Source: a bacterium
GTDB taxonomy: Bacteria; Bacteroidota; Bacteroidia; Bacteroidales; Bacteroidaceae
Direction of reading: 5' to 3'
DNA length: 64,000 nucleotides
Assembly: GCA_963595925.1 (NCBI GenBank)
Contig: CAVBJM010000005.1
Coordinates: 22,060-86,059 of the forward strand
The stretch's first letter is position 1; each line of letters begins with the position of its first letter. The translations under genes and the position numbers were made by a program. The notes beneath the pieces are model-generated. The model was not told where the DNA came from. It searched no databases and was given only the letters and a program-made list of their open reading frames with translations. This document shows positions 20,201 through 28,330 of the stretch, one piece after another.

Positions 20201-20368
20201 GGAAGCTCCGACTACAGGGCCCGTATCGTCCGATACCGTTCCTGTAACCACTTTCTCTTGGGGCTGTTGCTGGGAAACCGCCTCACGGGAGGCATTCCCG
20301 GCCGTGATGTGCTCCGGCAATGCCAAAGCCAACAAAGCCCACGTTAGTAACCAAGTTTTACGCATCAT
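17252..20368 (-). CDS. susC: SusC/RagA TonB-dependent transporter
   Basis: GTITDMDGNF N-terminal domain, LKDASATAVFGVRGANGVILVTTKRG, terminal LKIGF. Confidence 0.95.
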   Translation of the reverse strand: MMRKTWLLTWALLALALPEHITAGNASREAVSQQQPQEKVVTGTVSDDTGPVVGASVRVKGTSVGTITDMDGNFSIKVKPGQTVEVSFIGYEDKKIVYKGQPRLDVSLAESANELQEVQVVAYGTMKKVTVTGALTSIKSDEIIKSPVGSIANALSGKIPGLSSVQTSGQPGADNATLYVRGVGSLTTSQSAPLCLVDGVERSFNQLDPNEIEDITVLKDASATAVFGVRGANGVILVTTKRGEKGKAKVNFSTSASVQMPTNIPEFADSYTYATVYNAAQIRNGVDPSAVKFSEEAVEAFRTHSDPLLYPDVNWTDMLIKKAALQTQHNMTISGGSDRARYFASLGVFTQDGLFKTFDNGHDKGFSYNRYNYRINMDIDVTKTTLMKVNLGGILSSKTQPNYNNGTYTDISYLYSDVYTATPFSGAGLVDGQRVTNNGSFGNLNDALNSYYGKGYTTSTGNTLNFDLMLQQKLDFLTKGLRVHVKAAYNSAITYTKRREGKLDSYEPVVIDGQTILRKKQEATTLGYSQSTGQSRNWYMEAAFNYKRDFGKHHVTALAMWNQTMQYYYSSSGSFAGIPRAYVGLVGRATYDYATRYLIDLSVGYNGSENYAEGKRFGTFPAGSIGWIISEEKFMKGLKPFLSYLKLRASYGIVGNDKTSASRFLYLPDSYTLSSGSASFGVLTNNSVTGALESKKGNPNVTWEKSYKHNYGFDAQFFDSRLKVNFDYFTEDRKDIMISRQINPGYLAISLPMVNMGRVKNKGYEISVKWEEKRRGVRYHIGTSWAYAKNTIIEQDEIPQPYEWMQSTGRPVGQQFGYITDGFFSEEDAANYETLKGKEIPSHGDGFVPVAGDVKYKDLNGDGKIDANDKSAIGYPTYPLLTGNVQAGFSWKGFDFSMTWSGAFKTSRLVSSIYRYPFGDMGTYSLMKYMIEDAWTPEKGNSAKAPAISVVGSTANNYQDSDLWLRNASYVRLKNIELGYSFPKDLVSKLKLGSLRLSVSGYNLLTFSELDFCDPETNASGRTYPLIKVMNIGLKIGF

Positions 20369-20484
20369 GAATAATAGATTTGTGAATAATAGATAAGTAA
20401 TGTCAAAAAACGAGACATCACAAATTAAGTGATACTCTATTATTCATAACGCCGAAAAACATTTCTTTTACGGACACATCCCGC

Positions 20485-20515
20485 ACATACGAACCCGATG
20501 TACGTACAAACGAAC
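20485..20515 (-). promoter_or_regulatory. Candidate HTCS binding site (direct repeat, 21-bp period)
   Basis: acatacgaac (20485-20494) and acaaacgaac (20506-20515) between the HTCS stop and the susC start. Confidence 0.4.
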
Positions 20516-20519
20516 GATT

Positions 20520-23500
20520 TTACACTTTTTCACTATCCGCCGGCTTGTCGGATGGACAATTTTGGCCTGTTTGGTTACCGTTTTTGCGGTAGTTTTGGGG
20601 CGACACGCCGTAGAACGACTTGAAGCAACGGCTGAAGTACTGCGGCGAATTGAAGCCCAGCCGGTAGGAGATTTCCGACACGTTATACTCCGGTTCGGTC
20701 TGCAGAATGCGGAACGCCTCTTCCAGCTTGAGTTTCAGGGTCAGCTCGTTCGGAGTAAGACCGGTCACCTCCTTGATGGTGGCGAACATCTTGGTACGTC
20801 CCATGTTCAGCGCCTGAGCCAGCTCCTTCATGCCGAAGTCGGGGTTGCTGAAATTCTGCCGGATGATTTCTACGGCCTTCTCTTGTATCTTAGCGTTCAG
20901 CGTGCTCGATACAGACGGGGCAGCGGTGTCCTGACGTGCCTGATTCAGCATCAGACGCCGGGACTTGATGAGGTTTTCACAACGCACCAACAGCATCTTC
21001 AGGTTGAAAGGTTTGGCTATGTAGTCATCGGCACCGAACATGAAGCCCTCAATAGCGTAGTCGTCCGAAGCCTGTGCGGTGAGCAGTATCACGGGTACAT
21101 AGGCCAGCTCGATGCAGTTCTTTATCTTATAACAGAGCTTCTTGCCAGACATGACGGGCATTATCACGTCACTGATGACCAAATCGGGGTGTATCTGCCG
21201 AGCCATGTCGAAGCCATCTTTGCCGTTGTCAGCGGTGCAAACGTTGTAGTAGGGCGACAGGGCGTCGCGCAGCATGTCACGTATCTCCTTTTCATCGTCA
21301 ATCACCAGTACCGTATGGGCTTTCGGCTCATTGGTTTCCGTTTCGGTTTCGGCCGGCGTGTGGGCGGTCTCCTCGTACGGGTCTTTCCATTCGGGGGCGG
21401 AAATGTCTACCGCTTCGTGTTCCAGTTCGGCCGATGTGAAGTGGGCGTTTCCTTTCCGCAAACTGATGCGAAAGTCACTGCCCTGCCCCTCGGCGCTCTC
21501 GACCGATACGATGCCCTTGTGGGCTTCTACGATGGCTTTGGTAAAGGCCAGTCCGATGCCGCTGCCCATGCCGCTGGCCGACTGGGAGCCTTCTACCTGG
21601 AAGAAGCGGGTGAATATCTTGCTCTGCGCATCGCGGGGGATGCCGCATCCGTTGTCGGACACCGAGATGTCTACGCTATGCGCCGTCTGACGGACGGATA
21701 TCTTTATCCGGCCTCCGTCTTTGGTAAACTTGAAGGCGTTCGAGAGCAGGTTAAACATCACGCGCTGCATCTGTATGGGGTCTATCCACAAGCGGATGTC
21801 CCGCTCAATGTATTCCAACCGGAACATGATGTCGCGGCTGTGCGCCGCCTCGGAGAACGACTGATAGACCTTCTCCAAGAACGGTATCAAGTCTACTTGC
21901 TGCACCTTCAGGGTCATGAAGCCCTGCTCCTGCTTGCGGAAGTCCAGCAGTTCGGTTATCAGGATGCGCAGGTTCATGGCGTTGCGGTAGATGCTATGCA
22001 GCTTCGTGGCGATACCCGAGGGGAGGTCGTCTTTCTGCAGCAGCAGTTCGGTCTGCCCCACTATCAGCGTGAGCGGCGTACGGAACTCGTGGCTCACGTT
22101 GGTAAAGAAGCGCAGCTTCACCTTGTTCAGTTCCTCTATCTTTTCCTTTTCGGTTTTCTCTTTCTCCAGCGATTCGGCCAACTGTTTCCGCTTGCGGCGC
22201 AGGCGTTGCCAGAAGTATACCAGTGCGCCCACCACCAAGGCATAACCCAGCAGCGCCCACCACGAGGCGTAGGGCGGACGGTCTATCACGAGTGTAAGCG
22301 TTATCTCGTGCGAATCGGCATCGGCCGGACGGTTTTTCGCCTCGCGCACTTTCAGCACGTAACGCCCGGGCGAGAGGTTGGTGTAGTCCAGCGTGGTTTG
22401 TTCGGTGGTTATCCAGTCGCGGTTAAAGCCTTCCAACTTGTACTGAAACGTGAGGTTATGTCCACGGCCGGAGTAATCGGAATTGGCGAACTCGATGGAC
22501 ACGTTGTTCTGATTGTATTTCAGGTGCAGCTCGTGTACGAAAGGCAAGGTCTGCGGCAGCATCTCGGGGTTGGAGGTCGGGGTGATGCGCTCATTGTTTA
22601 CATACACGTCGCAGAAGTAGAGCTTGGCGGTACTGTCTACGCCCTTTATCAGGTCTTTCTCGCGAAAAGAAATCAGGCCGTCTACGCCTCCGATATACAG
22701 GATGCCGGAAGAAGCCGACAGGAGTCCGTTTCCGTAGGTCACACCCGAGACGCCGTTTCGAGCGTCGAACCAGTAGGAATACACCGCTCCGCTGTAGGGC
22801 GAGTAGACCGAGAATCCGCTATTGGTCGTAACCAGTAGGTTTCCGCCGGCCGTTTCGGTCATGTTATAACAGAAGTCGCTTATCAGGTTGTCGTGTTCGG
22901 CCGTAACGGGAGTCCACTTCTGGGTATTTTCGGCATAGGCCATCAGTCCGTTTCCGAGGGTGGATAGGTAAAGGCGTCCGTCCTTAGTCTGTACGATACG
23001 GGTTATCTGCACCTGGGTTTTCAGCATCCTTTCCATCGGGAGCTTGCCCGAGGTATTGTTCGCTCCGTCCAGCTTCATGCGGTACAGACACGGATAGCTT
23101 GCCAGCCAGGCGTTGTTTCGGTTGTCAATGCAGAACGTCAGGAAGTTCTTGCCGCGATACAGCTGGCGAAACTCCCCGGTGGCCGTATCGAGCCGCCAAA
23201 ATCCGCTACGCGAGGACACGTACAGGTAGCCGTTGTGATACTGGGTGTGGTGGATGACCGAGCCGGGATTGTTCTCGGGACTTTGGGCCATGTAGCTGTA
23301 GAAACGCCCGGTACGCGCGTCGCAGCGGAAGAGTCCGCCCGTGTAGGTGCCTATGTACACCTGCTCGCAGCGGTCGTCGCACGAGATGCTCTTGATGTTG
23401 TTTTGCTGCAGTCCGCTCCCATCGCCGGAACGGAAATGGGTAAACTCCCCGGTTCCGGGATTCAGCACGTTTATGCCTCCCCCATCGGTTCCTATCCATA

Positions 23501-24554
23501 TCCGCCCTTGGGCGTCCTCTATCATCCCGTTCACCACGGGAAAGTTCAGACCATCGGGGCGATAAGGGTTGTAGGCGTAGTATCGGAAGATATCGTTTTT
23601 CAGATTGAAGTGGTTCACTCCGCCGTAATAGGTTCCCGCCCAAATGGTGCCCGTACGGTCGCGGTACAAGGGGAAGACCGATTCGTGGGTCAGCGAGCCG
23701 GGGTTGTCCGATGGACGGTACACGCTGTACGTGTCTGTTTGGGGATTGTATTTCTGCAGACCGTTGAACGTGCCGAACCAGATGTTCCCGGATTCATCTT
23801 CGGTAAACTCACGGATTTGCGGACTGACTACCCGGTCGGGAGCCTGCCGCTCTTTCTGCAACTTGCCATCGGGCGTGACGCGGTACAAACCTTCCATGCG
23901 CGAGCCTATCCATAACTCGTTCCGACTGCTCACGAAGAGCTGGAAGATTTCCACTCCGGGCAGTACGGCATGCATCTCCTTGCCGTCCTGACGGTACAAG
24001 CCGCGCTTCGTGCCGTAGTACAGGTGTCCGTCTTTGCGGGTCATGCAGTAAACGGTGGGGAGATTCAGCTTACGCACAGACACCGGCTTTTCGGTAGCGG
24101 GCGCAATGCGAAACAGCGAGTCGGATGCGGTAAAAAACACATCGTCGCCGATACGGGTCAGCGAAGACACACTTCCGGCATAGAGCTGGTACAGGCGTTC
24201 CCGGCGCACGTCGTATTTCAGCAATGCCTGATCGTCGAACAGCAGGATGTCGCCCTCCACGTCGCGCGCCAAGCGCAGAATGGCGCCGCTTATCAGTTTG
24301 GTCTGTCGGTTCGGCTCATCGCCCACGTCGTACGTGCGGTACACCACCATCCGTTTGCCGTCGTAGCGGTTCAGCCCGTCGTTCGTGCCGAACCACATGC
24401 GCCCCAGCGTATCTTGACTGACCGACAGCACCGAGAGGTTAGACAGTCCGCTTTTCATATCCAGATGCTTGAAGAACTGCGCACGGCCTTTCGCCGCTAC
24501 GCATAGCAGGAGCAGGATAAGGATACAGAGGGTATTGTATTTGTGTCGTAGCAT
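20520..24554 (-). CDS. Hybrid two-component system (beta-propeller sensor, Y_Y_Y, HisKA, HATPase, receiver, AraC HTH)
   Basis: WFGT/WIGT propeller repeats, YTNLSPGRY, FFTNVSHEFRTPLTLI, NLLSNAFKFT, GSGIGLA, SDVIMP, GFNSPQYFSRCFK. Confidence 0.97.
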   Translation of the reverse strand: MLRHKYNTLCILILLLLCVAAKGRAQFFKHLDMKSGLSNLSVLSVSQDTLGRMWFGTNDGLNRYDGKRMVVYRTYDVGDEPNRQTKLISGAILRLARDVEGDILLFDDQALLKYDVRRERLYQLYAGSVSSLTRIGDDVFFTASDSLFRIAPATEKPVSVRKLNLPTVYCMTRKDGHLYYGTKRGLYRQDGKEMHAVLPGVEIFQLFVSSRNELWIGSRMEGLYRVTPDGKLQKERQAPDRVVSPQIREFTEDESGNIWFGTFNGLQKYNPQTDTYSVYRPSDNPGSLTHESVFPLYRDRTGTIWAGTYYGGVNHFNLKNDIFRYYAYNPYRPDGLNFPVVNGMIEDAQGRIWIGTDGGGINVLNPGTGEFTHFRSGDGSGLQQNNIKSISCDDRCEQVYIGTYTGGLFRCDARTGRFYSYMAQSPENNPGSVIHHTQYHNGYLYVSSRSGFWRLDTATGEFRQLYRGKNFLTFCIDNRNNAWLASYPCLYRMKLDGANNTSGKLPMERMLKTQVQITRIVQTKDGRLYLSTLGNGLMAYAENTQKWTPVTAEHDNLISDFCYNMTETAGGNLLVTTNSGFSVYSPYSGAVYSYWFDARNGVSGVTYGNGLLSASSGILYIGGVDGLISFREKDLIKGVDSTAKLYFCDVYVNNERITPTSNPEMLPQTLPFVHELHLKYNQNNVSIEFANSDYSGRGHNLTFQYKLEGFNRDWITTEQTTLDYTNLSPGRYVLKVREAKNRPADADSHEITLTLVIDRPPYASWWALLGYALVVGALVYFWQRLRRKRKQLAESLEKEKTEKEKIEELNKVKLRFFTNVSHEFRTPLTLIVGQTELLLQKDDLPSGIATKLHSIYRNAMNLRILITELLDFRKQEQGFMTLKVQQVDLIPFLEKVYQSFSEAAHSRDIMFRLEYIERDIRLWIDPIQMQRVMFNLLSNAFKFTKDGGRIKISVRQTAHSVDISVSDNGCGIPRDAQSKIFTRFFQVEGSQSASGMGSGIGLAFTKAIVEAHKGIVSVESAEGQGSDFRISLRKGNAHFTSAELEHEAVDISAPEWKDPYEETAHTPAETETETNEPKAHTVLVIDDEKEIRDMLRDALSPYYNVCTADNGKDGFDMARQIHPDLVISDVIMPVMSGKKLCYKIKNCIELAYVPVILLTAQASDDYAIEGFMFGADDYIAKPFNLKMLLVRCENLIKSRRLMLNQARQDTAAPSVSSTLNAKIQEKAVEIIRQNFSNPDFGMKELAQALNMGRTKMFATIKEVTGLTPNELTLKLKLEEAFRILQTEPEYNVSEISYRLGFNSPQYFSRCFKSFYGVSPQNYRKNGNQTGQNCPSDKPADSEKV

Positions 24555-24580
24555 AAAAATCAGGTTTACTTTGTATAGTG

Positions 24581-24588
24581 CAAAGATA
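24581..24588 (-). promoter_or_regulatory. Bacteroidetes -7 promoter element for the HTCS
   Basis: TATCTTTG on the - strand (TAnnTTTG consensus) 26 bp upstream of the start codon. Confidence 0.6.
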
Positions 24589-24633
24589 ATGAAAAGCGGG
24601 GCATTTCAAGCCCTGCGGCACAGAACAAAAACT

Positions 24634-24730
24634 TCCGGCGAGAGATTTTTTTTCTCCGGCGAGGGATTTTTAAAACGTCCCGAGAGATTTTTTTTCTCCG
24701 GCGAGAGATTTAAAATCCGTCTCGACGTTT
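24634..24730. repeat. 21-bp tandem repeat array A (4 units plus a degenerate fifth)
   Basis: tccggcgagagattttttttc / tccggcgagggatttttaaaa / cgtcccgagagattttttttc / tccggcgagagatttaaaatc / cgtctcgacgttt. Confidence 0.9.
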
Positions 24731-24767
24731 TCAGCTTCCTTCCCTACTTAAAGACAGAGAAGCTCCG

Positions 24768-24887
24768 CTATCCCGCTATCTCGCCGATATGCTGCAAGGT
24801 ATTGACAATCGTTTTCACCAAGGGTTTGACGGCGCTTACGTGTACGGCCTCATCGATGGTGTGTGCATCCCAAGCAACCGAGCACAA
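24768..24887 (-). pseudogene. Probable 3' remnant of an M20-family (PepD/ArgE-like) peptidase gene
   Basis: Manual translation LCSVAWDAHTIDEAVHVSAVKPLVKTIVNTLQHIGEIAG*; HxxDE motif plus amphipathic terminal helix; in-frame TGA just upstream; too short for the ORF track. Confidence 0.5.
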
Positions 24888-24902
24888 CTTTTTTCACGTT
24901 TT

Positions 24903-24934
24903 TTTGCAGCTTTGCTAAATATCGTTTATATTTG
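24903..24934 (+). promoter_or_regulatory. Bacteroidetes housekeeping-sigma promoter for the susC at 24964
   Basis: TTTG (24903-24906), 20-nt spacer, TATATTTG (24927-24934). Confidence 0.65.
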
Positions 24935-24963
24935 TCATTGAACCTAAAACAACTAAACATGAT

Positions 24964-27900
24964 ATGGAGATTATGATTAGAAAGACACATTGCACGAGAT
25001 GGCTATTCCTGCTCGTGCTACTCTGTTGCGGACTGAACGCCGCGGCACAATCCTCGAAAGACATTGCCGGAAAAGTAATCGACACCAACGGCGAGCCGCT
25101 GACGGGCGTTAGCGTTTTCCCCGTGAAAAGCACCCCGGGCATCAAAGGCGGCATCACCGACCTGAACGGAGCGTTCCAGTTTTCGGCAAACGGGCAAACC
25201 AGTGTAAAGCTACGCTTTTCGTTCATCGGAATGAAGACACGCGACGTGATGTGGAACGGCAAAAACATGCGCGTGGTACTGGAAGAAGACTCGCACGCCA
25301 TAGACGAAGTGGTGGTGACGGGTTACCAGAACCTAGACCGAAGGAAAAGTACCCTCTCGGTTTCCAGCGTAAAGATGGAAGACGTGCTGATGCCCAGCAT
25401 GACGACCGTAGACCAAGCCTTGGAAGGACAGATTCCCGACCTTACCTTTACGGTAAACTCGGGTGAAGTAGGAACCACCGCCCGTCTGCGTGTGCGCGGT
25501 ACTTCTACCCTGGTAGGTAACCGCGAGCCGTTGTGGGTACTGGACGGATTTCCACTGAGCGACCCCGTAGACGTCAGCGCCGACCAACTGAACGACCCCG
25601 ACTATATAAACTACATCGGTAACGCCATACAAGGACTGAACCCGCAGGATATCGAACGTGTGGACGTGCTGAAAGACGCGGCGGCCACCGCCCTATACGG
25701 TACACGCGCCTCGAACGGTGTCATCGTAATCACCACAAAGAAAGGTAAACCCGGAGCGCCGTCTATCCGCTACTCCAACCAGACGAAGCTAACCCTCCGC
25801 CCACGATATACCGACAAGTACATCAACCTGATGAACTCGAAGGAACGCGTACAGTTCGGACAAGACTTGTGCGCCCAGCATTACAAGTTCTCCGAGACCA
25901 TGCCAATGGTAGGCTACGAAGGCGCGTTCTACCGCTATCAGACCGGACAGAACTCATACGAAGAGTTCCTGCAGGAAGTACAGGGCTACGAAACGCAGAA
26001 CACCGACTGGTTCAACCTCCTCACACAAGACGCCGTGACACACGCTCACACACTGAGCATATCGGGCGGAAGCGACAAGACACGGTACTATGCTTCGGTA
26101 GGTTACACCCGCGAAAACGGTACGGTGAAAACACAGTACGTAGACCGCTACACGGCCAACATGAACCTGACATCCGACCTCACCAAGTCGCTTCAGGCAC
26201 GCATCGCCTTCAACGGTAACATCCAGAAGAAGAACCACCTGCCCAGCAACGTCACTCCGCTGGACTACGCCTATAACACCACCCGCGCCCTGCCGGCCTA
26301 CAACGCCGACGGCTCGCTGTACTACTACCAAAACAGAGGCTACAACAACAGCGTAGGCGGAAAGTCGAACAACCTGTACAATTATAACATCATCAACGAG
26401 ATGAACAATTCCTCGAACGAATATTCGGGAAACACGTTCGCTACCAACGGCGACCTCTCGTGGCGATTCCGTAACATACTGACTGTAACCGCATCGGCTT
26501 ACTATTCGCGCAGCGCCACACTGCAATCTACGTGGTACGGCGAACAGACCAACTACGTAGCCATGCTGAAGAACGGCGAAGCCAGCGACGCTCCCATTGC
26601 AGGCGAAGCCGGATATTGCGAATTGCCTTACGGTGGTGTGTACAACGTGTCGAACACATACAACGAAAACTTCACCGGACGTCTTCAGGCCAGCTACATC
26701 CAAAGCCTGGGCAAGGAGAAGAACCATCAGTTGTCTGTAACCGCAGGTTATGAAGTAAACACCTCGCGCAGCACATCGAACGCCACGAACACCCGCGGTT
26801 ACTTCAAAGACCGCGGTATGAAATACGCCCAACTCAGTTCGGAAGACCTGGACAGCTATCCCCTGTACAAGAGCTGGCTGGCCTCGAACTCTACCTCGCT
26901 GGGCTACGGCAAGTCGAACACGCTGAGCGGCTACCTCACCGGCAGCTACGATTACAACGAATACTTCACCCTGGGAGGCAGCTTCCGATTTGACGCTTCC
27001 AACCAGTTCGGCCGTCGCAGCAACAAGAAGTTCCTGCCTGTATGGTCTGTATCCGGACGCTGGAACGTAATCAAAACGTTCGTTCCCGAAAACGATACGT
27101 TCATCGACCGTTGGAATGTGCGCACCTCGTACGGTAAGACCGGTAACATCCCCAACCAGACTCCTTACTTGCAACTGAACCAAGGCACACTCGACTCGTT
27201 CTACGGCGAATACATCTCTACGGTATCATCGCTTCCCAACCCCGAACTGCGTTGGGAACAGACAGCTACCACCAACTTGGAAACCGAAATCTCCATGTTC
27301 GGCGGCCGACTGGGACTGAACGCTTCGCTGTGGTGGAGACACACGAAAGACGCCATCGTAAGCACCACCGTTTCATCGGTAAACGGTGTGACCAGCTACT
27401 CGATGAACTACGGCGCACTGGACAACCACGGTGGTTCGGTATCGGTCATGGGTACTCCGCTGCAAACGAAAGACTGGAGACTCTACCTGAGCTTCATGGC
27501 TTCGTGGGCCAGCAACAACGTTACCACCGGTCCCGATACCTCGTACACGATAAACGATTACCTGCGCGGTACGGCTATCATCAACGGAGCGTCTATCGGC
27601 ACATTCTACTCGTATAAATACCTCGGACTGAACCCCAACAACGGTCTTCCGATGTTCGATGACTACGAAGACCGCCAAAGCGTGTTGGAAGGCAAGACTC
27701 TAGCCGAAGTGGTCCCGCTAGTTATGATACAGTCGGGCAACCGTAGCCCGAAAGTGACGGGAAGCTTCACCACGATGCTTACTTGGAAGCAGCTATCCAT
27801 GAGCATGAACTTCAACTACCGCCTCGGCTCAAAAATACGTATGTTCAACCTGTACAGCCCCATTACCTCGGGCGTATCGGCCGACAAGAACGTGCGTAAG

Positions 27901-28317
27901 GAATTCACCGACCGCTGGCAGCGTCCGGGTGACGAACAGTACACGGACATCCCCGTGCTGCTCAGTCCCGCCGACGACCTGTATCACCAGTACCAAAGCC
28001 ACTGGTCCAGCCAGAACGCCAGCGGAAAGATACAGACCTTCGCTACAAGCATTTGGGACATGTACGACAACTCCGACTTGCGCGTGGTTTCGGGCAACTA
28101 CATGAAGCTGAGCAACTGGATGTTCCGCTACTCGCTTCCACAGACCTTGCTGAGAGGTACATTCCTGAAATCGGTAAACGTAAACTTCACTATGAGCAAC
28201 GTGTTTACCATCGCATCGAAGAAACTGAACGGACAAGACCCGACACAGGCCAGCCAGACCGGCGTAAACCTGTCGCTCCGTCCGGCGTATACTTTCGGTG
28301 TGGATGTTTCATTCTAA
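24964..28317 (+). CDS. susC: SusC/RagA TonB-dependent transporter (no CAZyme neighbours)
   Basis: EVVVTGYQ, EPLWVLDG, LKDAAATALYGTRASNGVIVITTKKG, PNPELRWE, terminal VDVSF. Confidence 0.95.
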   Translation: MEIMIRKTHCTRWLFLLVLLCCGLNAAAQSSKDIAGKVIDTNGEPLTGVSVFPVKSTPGIKGGITDLNGAFQFSANGQTSVKLRFSFIGMKTRDVMWNGKNMRVVLEEDSHAIDEVVVTGYQNLDRRKSTLSVSSVKMEDVLMPSMTTVDQALEGQIPDLTFTVNSGEVGTTARLRVRGTSTLVGNREPLWVLDGFPLSDPVDVSADQLNDPDYINYIGNAIQGLNPQDIERVDVLKDAAATALYGTRASNGVIVITTKKGKPGAPSIRYSNQTKLTLRPRYTDKYINLMNSKERVQFGQDLCAQHYKFSETMPMVGYEGAFYRYQTGQNSYEEFLQEVQGYETQNTDWFNLLTQDAVTHAHTLSISGGSDKTRYYASVGYTRENGTVKTQYVDRYTANMNLTSDLTKSLQARIAFNGNIQKKNHLPSNVTPLDYAYNTTRALPAYNADGSLYYYQNRGYNNSVGGKSNNLYNYNIINEMNNSSNEYSGNTFATNGDLSWRFRNILTVTASAYYSRSATLQSTWYGEQTNYVAMLKNGEASDAPIAGEAGYCELPYGGVYNVSNTYNENFTGRLQASYIQSLGKEKNHQLSVTAGYEVNTSRSTSNATNTRGYFKDRGMKYAQLSSEDLDSYPLYKSWLASNSTSLGYGKSNTLSGYLTGSYDYNEYFTLGGSFRFDASNQFGRRSNKKFLPVWSVSGRWNVIKTFVPENDTFIDRWNVRTSYGKTGNIPNQTPYLQLNQGTLDSFYGEYISTVSSLPNPELRWEQTATTNLETEISMFGGRLGLNASLWWRHTKDAIVSTTVSSVNGVTSYSMNYGALDNHGGSVSVMGTPLQTKDWRLYLSFMASWASNNVTTGPDTSYTINDYLRGTAIINGASIGTFYSYKYLGLNPNNGLPMFDDYEDRQSVLEGKTLAEVVPLVMIQSGNRSPKVTGSFTTMLTWKQLSMSMNFNYRLGSKIRMFNLYSPITSGVSADKNVRKEFTDRWQRPGDEQYTDIPVLLSPADDLYHQYQSHWSSQNASGKIQTFATSIWDMYDNSDLRVVSGNYMKLSNWMFRYSLPQTLLRGTFLKSVNVNFTMSNVFTIASKKLNGQDPTQASQTGVNLSLRPAYTFGVDVSF

Positions 28318-28330
28318 TTCCGTTACGAAC

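Noticed and set aside
20562..22838. 758-aa + strand ORF
   Set aside because: Antisense shadow of the HTCS with no motifs; the same applies to 25954-27183, 48155-49399 and 55786-57222
24634..24730. 21-bp arrays (also 45496-45599) as CRISPR
   Set aside because: Units are contiguous with no unique spacers, and there are no cas genes
24469..24918. 149-aa ORF with 7-aa repeats (SGERFFF), and the similar 45313-45564 ORF
   Set aside because: By-product of the 21-nt period; they overlap real genes and promoters
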